From Octopus vulgaris (lineage: Eukaryota), in assembly GCA_951406725.2 (NCBI GenBank), contig OX597823.1, positions 38,688,001 to 38,752,000 of the forward strand: DNA of 64,000 nucleotides. The letters run 5' to 3'. A program made the position numbers and the translations under genes. Below, one piece after another: positions 38,109 through 48,009 of the stretch. Under the pieces are notes generated by a model. The model had not been told where the DNA came from and searched no databases. It saw only the letters and a program-made list of their open reading frames with translations. Every line of letters starts with the position of its first letter. Positions within the stretch are counted from its first letter, which is position 1.

Positions 38109-39350
38109 TCAAGTCAACCCATAAGTTCTGTTCGATTTTACTCTTTTTGAAATTGAATGAAATTTAATAGTATTTTAGAATGTCTAATGGAATTAAAAGT
38201 TATTTTTATGCATTTGTGTACATTTAAACTAATTAAATATTATTTTACAGAATAATAGAATTAAAATTTCTTTGATTAAAACCCTTTCTAGCATGGAAGT
38301 ATTCAAAGAGCATTTGAGGCACATTATGCTTTATGTGTACAAAAAAGGAAACTCTGCAGCAGAAGCAACTTGAAAGATACACTCAGTTTATGCAAAAGAA
38401 TGCATGAATGAAAGAACTTGCAGAAGATGGTTTGCAAAATTCAGAAGTGGAGATTTCAGCCTTGAAGATGAAGATCGTCCAGTTGAGTTTGATGATAAGT
38501 ACCTTGAGGCATTACTTGAAGAAAATCCTGCATTATCACTTGAAGAATTGGCAATAAAGCTTAGTTCAAATCATACAACTATTCATTATCTTCTTCAACA
38601 ACTTGGAAAGGTTCCTAAACTTGGAAAATGGGTGCCTCATGAATTTTCCAAAAGCAACTGCAAATCCTGAGTTGACATCTGCTCTTCTCTCCATTCTCGT
38701 GAACTCATTTCACCCTTTTTGGATAGACTTGTAACTTGTGACAAAAAATGGATCTTCTATCGAAATGTGAAACATCATAAACACTTACTTGGTAAAAGGG
38801 AAAAAGCTCAACCACAACCGAGAAGGGAACTTCATGGAAAAAAAGGTTTTTTTTCACTATCTGGTGGGATTACAAAGGAGTAATTTACATCAAATTGTTA
38901 CCACCTAAAGCACCAATTAATGCTCAAGTTTACTGTCAGCAATTAGAGCATTTGAACCAAGCTTTGAAGTAAAACAGACATGCTTTAGTGAATCGAAAAG
39001 GAGTGTTGTTTCATCAGGACAATGCGCGACTCCAGACTGCAAAGATCACATCACAGAAGATCGAAGAGCTTGGTTGAGAAAAAATTCCTCATCCACCTTA
39101 TTCTCCCGACTTTGCTCCTTCAGACTACCATTTGTTTCGTAGTTTATGGAATCATTTGGGTGACATAACTTTCACAAGCCAGGAGGAGGTTGAAACTGAC
39201 ATTTCAGAGTTCTTCACTTAGAAACCAAAAGAGTTTTACATTGATGGGATTAAAAAGCTTGTAAATAGATGGATGGAAGTCAATCAGGGAAAGTACATTG
39301 ATGATTAAATTTCATTTAAATATAACATTTGATCACTTGATTTCTTTATT
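38109..39350 (+). mobile_element. mariner (DD34D) transposon with near-complete but disrupted transposase; 3-prime TIR missing
   Basis: ATG at ~38293 begins MEVFKEHLRHIMLY; also WFAKFRSGDFSLED, WVPHE, VTCDKKWIFY and HQDNAR...PHPPYSPDFAPSDYHLF (34 residues D to D). Several stops. Confidence 0.93.
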
Positions 39351-39352
39351 CA

Positions 39353-39533
39353 ATGTCCTCATCTTGTTTGTTGTTCACAGAACATTTCGGTTGATATATC
39401 CTCCAGGCTTTGTCAGGTGTCTTGGGGAAATTTTGAACCTGGGTTCTCATTCCTAAGGTATTTTTCGATGTTGTTTCGAACTCGAAATCTTGGGGTTAGC
39501 AGCCCGTGCTCGTAACCACTACGCCATATGCCC
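39353..39533 (-). mobile_element. tRNA-headed short element with a degenerate hammerhead-ribozyme-like segment
   Basis: Head gggcataTGGCGTAGTGGttacgagcacgggCTGCTAAccccaagatttcGAGTTCGAAAC has an A box, an anticodon-like GCT loop and a B box. Downstream is gacacCTGACAA...cGAAATGTT. Confidence 0.65.
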
Positions 39534-39534
39534 A

Positions 39535-40629
39535 TTTATCCTCATCATCGCTGGAGTCAGAAGAGTTGGAAAGATGGCGTTGTCTTTCCACAAGATGTCG
39601 TCTTCTGTGCCGTTGAGTGTGTTGGATATGCAGCACTTCAGGAAAGCCCACTACCCTCATGGAGTGGTTGGTGTTAGGAAGGGCATCCAAATGTAGAAAC
39701 ACTGCCAGATTAGACTGGAGCCTGGTGCAGCCTCCTGGCCTCCCAGTCCCCAATCGAACCATCCAACCCATGCTAGCATGGAAAACGGACGTTAAAGAAT
39801 GATGATGATAATGATTTACATAGATATATTACAAAAAAAACAAACACACCAGTGCACTTACCAGTACTTTAAGGTATGGTAGTGAAATTCCAGTTGACTT
39901 GATTTATATTCCTTTGTAGCTTTGGTGATGGCTATGAAACTTATCTTTCCCAGTTCAAGATGACTCTGAATAAATGCACTTATCTCCCCTTATATGAAAT
40001 AATTTTTCATATTTTTACTTGTTACCTAATAAATGCATTTCATCAATCACATTCAAGAATAAAGCACAGCTCTCCCTCTCTCTCATTTTCCTATGCTGCG
40101 TGATAAGTCATACATCTGGGTCACAAAACAACAATTGTTTACATCATAGACTTGGGGATTACCGAACTTGTAGGTAATTCGTGGTAAATCAGAGGGTGAG
40201 TGGAAATTGCGAACAGCTGTCAATTATAGTGCATTTGTTGGACAAAAGGAAAGTCTTTACAGAAATTCTCGCTAATTTTCTACCAGCACACATCTCTCTT
40301 CTACAGGGCTGCAGCACCATCAGAGCAGAGGCTGTGATTGAGATGACACCAGTGCACACTGGCTTGAAATGCGTAATGTTATAAGAGCATATGATGGACA
40401 AAATGGACAATGACATTGAAATAAGACTATTTAAACAGATTTATTTTTACTAGTTTTAATGGCAAGAATTGTAAGGGGAGCTGGTACCATGTGAATCTTG
40501 GATAATTACATGAAATAATTTTGGGGTTTTAGACTGACTTTTCCTTGTACCCATGTATAAGCTGCACCTCCCTTTTCCTGGATTTTCCCATCAGAATAAA
40601 AGTGCAGTTGATACACCAGCAAATACGGA
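39535..40629 (-). mobile_element. pogo/Tc2-like DNA transposon remnants (interrupted)
   Basis: 39540-39646 encodes FLKCCISNTLNGTEDDILW (pogo DDE_1 C-terminal motif). 40550-40629 reads tccgtatttgctggtgtatcaactgcac on the minus strand, with an inverted tataagctgcac repeat, resembling such termini. Assignment of the middle part is uncertain. Confidence 0.55.
39646..39813 (+). mobile_element. RTE 3-prime tail
   Basis: cccactac...ggagtggttggtgttaggaagggcatcc...ggacgttaaagaatgatgat. Confidence 0.85.
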
Positions 40630-40660
40630 ATATATATATATATATATACATACATACACA

Positions 40661-41500
40661 CACAAGGTCTGATCAATAAGCATCCGGATTGTTACCATAG
40701 TAAGAAAACTAAAGCCCACAAAACTAAAGCTGCTTGTCAAAGATTGATCTTGAACTCTGCTGAGCATGTGCACTAACTTGAAACATTATAACTCACTTCC
40801 ACTGTTTACAGCAGTGCTTGGAAGGAAAATGTACAGCGTGTGATTGTGCATTGACCACAACAGAGAGAGTTGTCATGGCAATACCTGCTCAGAGGCCTAA
40901 GTGTATGAGTGGTTCAGAAATTTCCAAGATGGCCAAAATAATGTTGATATTGACCTTTTGGGAGATCTGCAACCAGCAGAACTGAGAAAAATATCACAGA
41001 TATGCGTGCAGCCGTGAGGGGAAACCGTTGAATCAGCATCCGTGAGTTATCAGAGACTGTGCAGATTAGTTACAGTTCAGTTCAGTCCATTAGCACTGAA
41101 GATTTGGGCATGAGACATGTGCCTGACAAGTTTGTGCCAAAAACTGTTTTCAGTTGACCAAAATGATACACAGGTTTCAGTTGCACAAGATCTTGATTGT
41201 GTTGAGAACAAAGAAAACTTTTTGAAAACTTTGCATAGGCCTCTGAGCAGGTATTGCTAAGCTTTTGGCAAAGTTTGATGCAGATTCTCTGCTCAACTTT
41301 GTCATGGTCAATGCAATGATCACATGCTACACACCTTCTTTCCAAGCACTGTTGTAAACAGCAGAGCTGAGCTAGAACATTAAAACTTAGTGTGCATGCA
41401 CAGCAGAGTTCAAGGTCAATCTGTGCCAAGCAACTTTACTCTCCATGCTTTAGTTTCATTACTATAGCAATAGTCCAGATACTTATTGATCAGACCACAT
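40661..41500. mobile_element. mariner-derived fold-back element with two inverted 5-prime ends
   Basis: Both ends carry ggtctgatcaataag.atc.gga. 40661-40870 is the diverged reverse complement of ~41290-41500. Transposase N-terminus EQRICIKLCQKL on the minus strand. Confidence 0.85.
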
Positions 41501-41992
41501 AATGTGTATGTGTGTGTTTATGCTCACACTCCCTGCAAATGTTATACATATAGTACCACTACACAAATTCCATTTCCACAAGAACACCAACGTTAAAGAC
41601 ACCCACATTTCCCACAAACATTTCCATGAAATTCTTACTGACTTGCAACATAACCACCCCAGTGGCAATGTTTTGGTATCAAGGAACATAGCTCTTAACT
41701 CAATCCCCTACTCATCTCATTTCATCATCTTTCTCATAGCAACTGCAAACCAGATGTGTTTATTCACTTACAACAACAGAGAGCAGTCACCATATTTCAT
41801 TCCAGATGGCTACCTCTGATGAGCACAGAGTTACATAACTGGACTGTTACCTAACACTCCATTGAATCTCCAGTGTGAAACTGATTGGTAAGATTGGCTG
41901 TAATGGATATATAATACTGTACATCTCAGATAAAATATATATACACATATATATATACATATATGTGTGTGTGTGTGTGTGTATATATACAC

Positions 41993-42540
41993 ATGAGATG
42001 GTGAAGCATGATCTACAAATGTTGTGCCTAATGGGGGTGATGATAAGTGACTGAGACCTTTGGTGTTATGCTGTGTTTTAGAAGACTCATCAAGCCAAGC
42101 GAAATCATAGTTGTGGCCGTTGCTAGTGTCATGTGAATGGCACCCATGAAATTGTAATCGTGACCATTGCTGGTAGCATGATCTTCAAATGTATGGCCTC
42201 ACGGAGACAATGGACAAGTAACTGAGACCTTTTGCAACGTACTGTGCTTGAGAAGACATGCCAAGCCAAGTAAAATCCTAGTCATGGCTGCTGCCAATGT
42301 CATGCAAATGGCACCCATGGAATCATAGTTGTGGCCATTGCAGGTGTCATGTAAATGTACCTGTGCCAGTGGCACGTAAAAAGTACCCCTTACACTTTCA
42401 GAGTGTTGGTGTTAGGATTGGGCATTCAGCCATAGAAACCCCGCCAAACCAGACTGGAACTTGGTGCAACCCTCCAGCTTACCCAGTCAAACCATCTGAT
42501 CTATGCCAGCATGGGAAGCAGACGTTAAATGATGATGATG
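41993..42540 (+). mobile_element. RTE LINE 3-prime fragment
   Basis: gagatggtgaagcatgatct...gagacctttgg..tatgctgtg...ctgtgcttgagaagac...gacgttaaatgatgatgatg. Confidence 0.85.
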
Positions 42541-42856
42541 TGTATGTGTGTGTGTGTGTGTATGTATGTGTATGTGTATACACACACACACGTTTGTATA
42601 GTAGATTATAACAGATTCAACATCCTCATATGTCATCATATATCGTTATTTGTTGTGGCACTAATGGCAGTAGTGGTGGTGTTTCAGTCCAGATCAGTCT
42701 TGATCAACCAGACATATGACTAAGAGTGTTTCAGTTGTAATCATCCAATCTTTTTTTCTATGTATATCAAGAACTACATCATCCACTCTCACCTTATCAG
42801 AGTTGAGTGTGACCTGGGGGAACAAATGAGAAAATTAGAAAACTGTTTCAGCTTAC

Positions 42857-42951
42857 CGATTTAAACCAGAGTTTACATCGTTTTCATGCAGGAAGAATTG
42901 AGTTCCTAAGTCAGTTACTGTAGCCACTTTATCATCATGAATTGTAAGAGA
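42857..42951 (-). CDS. UBA6: Coding exon (95 bp) of UBA6, immediately upstream of the 1632-1743 exon
   Basis: Minus strand reads ttttttcccctag|TCT CTT ACA ATT CAT GAT ... TTA AAT CG|gtaagc. Translation SLTIHDDKVATVTDLGTQFFLHENDVNSGLN(R) is the E1 xTIHD...DLGTxFFL motif. It ends in phase 2 (CG) and joins the A of the next exon to give NRAEA. Confidence 0.93.
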
Positions 42952-43199
42952 CTAGGGGAAAAAATGGAAAATAACAAGATTAATGTAAATGCAGTACAAA
43001 ATAAATTGTGATAATTTAGTCATTATTTAGGATTTATTATAACAATCTGATCTGAATTGTTAGAAAAAGAAGTTCAAACTGAAAGATAATAATAATTGTT
43101 TCTAATTTAGGCATAAAGGCATGCAATTTTGAGGAGATGAAGTAAATTGATACTTCACACCCAGTATTTGATGAGTACTGGCCATATTCTATTTATGGA

Positions 43200-45320
43200 T
43201 GATTTTAAACAGTTTGGAAGTGAGAAAACTAGAAAGATTCTTTGGTTGAAATTATTTAACAAAACCATTGGAATGGAATTAGAGATAACATGTTGAGGTA
43301 TGCTTATAATGAAAAGAAGGAAAGATGGTATCAGCATATGGGATTGTTTTATGTGATAAGCAGCAATGAAGGGTATCAAAGACAATGAATAGAAATATTT
43401 AGGAAAATTTAGAAATCAACAGCATCAAAGAGATTTGAATGAAGGGATAATTTGCAAAAGAATACCAGAAAAGTGATGCTGAAGTAAAAATTAAATGGAA
43501 GAAACAATATAAATACACAAGTGATTTCAAGAATGAGGTATGGATGAAGGATACTCAAAAGGAAATAAGGAAGAACTTCATAAGTTAGACAGGAAGATGT
43601 GGAGGTTTTAACTGAAAAACCAAGATAGACTTTATCCGGTCAGGAAATATGGAAGAATTTATAAGAAATAAAAAGAACCATCTGGAATGGTATGTGGCAA
43701 ATAACTCAACACTATTGTTGGTTGGTGTTTATGGTCTTTAGTGTAGTAGAACCTGTAGACTACATTGATAAGGAAGAATATAAGAGGATCAGGACAGAGG
43801 CAAAAAGACATATGTTGGAATGGAAAAGTAACGTTTGAACAGTTTATCAGAGATAAGAGCGCAATGTTCTAGATAAACATGAGACAAGGTTTTTCTCTCT
43901 CTTTTTTTTCCTTCATCTTTTCTGGATTGATGAAATAAATCACTAGTCAATTACTAGAAGTAATGGGGTCAGCTCACCCCTCCTCTCAACATTTCTGGCT
44001 TTGTGCCTAAATCAGGAACCGATTATATGCATACATTGCTACTTATACTTACATGCATAAGTATGTGTAGCAATGAATGATTTGTTTCCTTGTTTTCATC
44101 ACCTCTCATCAACTTTTTAAAAATCTACTGGCATAGCTTTGACTGTTGACCCCCAACAAACATACTTCCTCACTGACATTTGTTTTTCTAGATACCTCTC
44201 AGTTGTACATCCTCCTCCCTTATTTGACACTATTATTATATAATAATGTTTTTCCTCATTCTTGCTATTCCCAGTCTATCCACCAACACAATAAGATATT
44301 TCTTCTCCCTCAAGAGTCAAGAGGTCTGTGCACTGCAATTATCAAATAGTTTGATAAATACAATGAGTAGAACGAAATTCTTGGTCCTTCAGTTACTTAT
44401 GTAATTTTACAGCTGAATATAAAAAAAAGTGCTCTTATATATTTGATCCTATTTCTCCTCTTTGTTCCACCAGACGTATTTTTTCTTTTTTCCTTCTTTT
44501 TTCTTTTTTTCTTTAATAACCCCTCCCGTCATTTTTCTATTTTTTCTTTAATAACCCCACCAACAGTCAAAGCTAGGTGTAAATTACGCCAGTAGATTTT
44601 TAAAAAGTTGATGAGAGGTGATGAAAACAAGGAAAGAAATCATGAACTGCTACACATATTTATGCATGTAAGTATATGTAGCAATGTATGCATATAATCG
44701 GTTCCTAATTTAGGCACAAAGCCTCTTCTTTTTTTCACTTCAAATGTCAAAAATTTCTTATATTCTTTATCTATAGCTATGAGGCTATAATATGTGATAA
44801 AGATGTTGATTCTTTGATACACAGCCTATCCACCACAATGAGACATATCAGTTAGCATGGATATATAGTATCAGACATTATATGGTGACTTGAAAAGTCT
44901 CAGAGCATTCCAAGTAGCATGTCGACTTGCAATCATGAGTGAAAATTGACATTTACTGTCAAGACGAATCCTCCAGCATGTACATACTGTAGGATACCAG
45001 GAATCTCCTCTCAGGTCATTCCTTAACAAATAAAATAAGAAAAGATGGAAATGAGCGAGCCATTTGGACATAAATGTAAAAATCCGATCTAAAAGTTGGA
45101 ATAGTAGCATTAATCTATGCTAACAAATACTTAAAACAAATATGTAAAATGTCACTTTGATAAGAATGTCCAATGACTATTGTATGTAAACTCTGAGAAG
45201 AAAAAGGTAAAAGCATTATCTAAGGAGTGAGGAATGAATGTAACAAAGTTACATAAAGAAAACATAAAAGGAGGCACGACAACATTGTAGGCATTGTTCA
45301 TTGGGAACTGAGCAAAAATT
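43200..45320 (+). mobile_element. Very old R4/Dong-like LINE remnants (43200-43880 and 45100-45320), interrupted
   Basis: KTRKIL and MKRRKDG.. fragments; near 45265 KRRHDNIVGIVHWELSK, the RHD motif that follows the CCHC finger. Confidence 0.5.
43997..44723. repeat. ~150-bp inverted duplication (43997-44148 vs 44561-44723)
   Basis: High-identity reverse-complement arms with one ~12-nt indel, separated by ~410 bp. Confidence 0.9.
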
Positions 45321-45480
45321 GTAATAGGTATACACACATATACATAATACACAGTAAATAGCACTGCAAGGCAATGCACACATAGTATAGAGTATTTTCA
45401 AAACGCCTATAGTTCAAGGAGCTCTACTTGGTTTTGTAGTGAAAGCAAATAGTAAAACTAAAACAAATAATAAGAAGACC

Positions 45481-45500
45481 TACTACTACTACTAATAATA

Positions 45501-45541
<41 letters not shown>

Positions 45542-47466
45542 AATAATAATTATAATAATAATAATAATAATAATGATGATTTCAAATTTTGGCACAAGTC
45601 CAGTAATTTGATTACATTGACCAGCATTTCACTGGTACTTATTTTATCAACTCTGAAAGGATGAGTTAGAGTCAACCTCGGGGGAAGTTGAACTCAGAAT
45701 GCAAAGCTAGAAGAAATGCTGCTCAGAATTTTGTCTGGCATGCTACAATTCTGCCAGCTTGGCAACTTAAATAATAATAATAATCATAATAATTATAAGC
45801 TTCAAAATAAGTGAATTGCAAAACTCATTTTTATGGGTATCATATATTTCACATAAATTCCTTTCCATGTAAATGTAGCCTTACTCATTCAGCATTATAT
45901 TTTTTTTATTACACAAGTATCAGGGTTTTTTCATTTTTTAATTGCATGGCACCACATCTGTTATCATCTTTAGATGTAAAATCTCTTAACATCTGTGATT
46001 GAGACTTGGGTGCAGCATGTATAAATTAACGCAAATGCAAAAACACAATACTAAGAGCAATAGTAATTCTTTCCACCATAGCCACAAGACCTGAAGATTT
46101 TGGGGGAGGGGGCTAGTTGATTTCATCAACTCCAGTACTCAACTGGTACTTATTTTATTGACCTGAAAGGATGAAAGACAAAGATGACCTCAGGATGTAA
46201 GGACAGATGAACTGCTGCTAAGCTTTTTATCCAGTGTGTTAGCAATTCTGCTAGCTTGCAGCTTCATAATAATAATAATAATCCTTTCTACTATTGGCAC
46301 AAGGCCTGAAATTGTGGGGGAGGGGACTAGTTGATTACATTGACTTCACTATTTCACTTGATTTATCAATCCTGAGAAGATGAAAAGCAAAGTCGACCTC
46401 AGCAGAATTTGAACTCAAAACACGGCGACAGGCGAAATACCACTAAGCATTTCATCCAGCATGCTAATGATTCTGCCAACTTGCTGCCTTAATAATAATA
46501 AGTGTTTCTAACACAGGAGTAAGGACAGAAATTTTGGAGGAGAGGAATAGTCAACTAAATTAACTCGTGTACTTCAATCTTATTGGTATTTTATTTTTTC
46601 AAACCCATAAGTCTTCATTTCTGCTCTCATTCTCTCTCTCTTTCTTGCTCTCTTTCTCTCTCTCTCTCAATGAGTAACCTTGTACCTCTTCTACAGCAAG
46701 ACACCTGCTTCTGTCTCTCTGCCTCACTATAACCTTTCATCATCTGACACAAGATCACCTTCTTCAATGTCCCCTTCCCTCTCAAAACAGTTTATTTTTT
46801 TTGTCTCATAAGTAATTGGTGACCCTATCAGTGCAAATGCCATTTAAAAGCACCCAGTTCACAGCGTCAAGTGGTTGGCATTTGGAAGGACATCCAGCTA
46901 CAAAAACCTTCCCAAAACTGACCTAGCCTGTGCTTGTGCCACATAAAAAGCACTATGTCCACTCTGCTGAGTGGTTGGTGTTAGGAAGGGCATCCAGCTG
47001 TAAAAATCCTGCCAAAACAGTTACAGAAGTCTAGTGCAGGCTTCTGCCTGGCCAACTCTTGTTAAACCATCCTACCCATGCCAGCATGAAAGTTGGACGT
47101 TAAATTATAATGATGGTGATGATGATAAGGATGAAAGCAAGTCGACATCAATGGGATTTAAATTCAAAATATAAAGAACTGTAACTAAATACAGCAAAGT
47201 ATTTCATCTTATGTTCTAACAATTCTACCACTCCACCGTTCTTAATAATAATAACATTAATAATAATCCTTTCCACTGTAGATACAAGGCCTGACATTTT
47301 GTGTGTCGACAAGTCAATTACAACAATCCCAGTATTCTACAGGTACTTATTTTATTGACCTTGGAAGGATGAAAAGCAAAGTCGACATTGGCAGAATTTG
47401 AACTCAGAATGTAAAGATGGATTCAAATGCTGCTCAGCATGTTAATGATTCAGCCAGCTTGCTGCC

Positions 47467-47560
<94 letters not shown>

Positions 47561-47975
47561 TAATAATAATCCTTTCTACTAAAGGCACAAGGCCTGAAAT
47601 TTGGGGCGAGGAGACTAGTCAATTACATCAACTCCAGTGCTTGACTAGTACTTATTTAATCAACCCTGAAAGGATGAAAGCAATGTTATGAAATACTGCT
47701 AAGCATTTCACCCGGCATGCTAACAAGTCTGCCAGCTCACCGCCTAATAATAATAATAATAATCCTTTCTACTATAGGCACAAGGCCTGAAATTTTGGGG
47801 GAGGGAGCCAGTCAAGTACATCAACCCCAGTATGCAACTGGTACTTAATTTATTAACCTTGAAAGAATGAAAGGCAAAGTTGACCTTGGCAGAATTTGAA
47901 CTCAGAATGTAGCGACAGGTGAAATACCACTAAGCATTTCGTCCAGCGTGCTGACGATTCTACCAGCTCACCACC

Positions 47976-48009
<34 letters not shown>
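45481..48009 (-). mobile_element. Chain of at least six co-oriented Nin-type SINEs separated by (AAT)n, with an RTE tail at ~46810-47125
   Basis: Copies at about 45578-45770, 46068-46265, 46283-46490, 47268-47469, 47571-47745 and 47763-47977; ~100-bp (AAT)n at 47469-47570. Confidence 0.88.

Larger units (their letters stand above)
1744..42856 (-). other. UBA6: ~41.1 kb phase-2 GT-AG intron of UBA6
   Basis: Defined by the two flanking exons, whose peptides are contiguous in E1 proteins. Confidence 0.85.

Noticed and set aside
39473-39533. Functional tRNA-Ser(GCT) gene
   Set aside because: No long variable arm and no 3-prime acceptor strand; it runs directly into repeat sequence, so it is treated as a SINE head.
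1632-42951. Assignment of the exons to UBA1
   Set aside because: UBA1 has DLSSQFYL and a shorter spacing before NRAE. The observed DLGTQFFL and PLQDSTDLTYLKDYQ fit UBA6 better.
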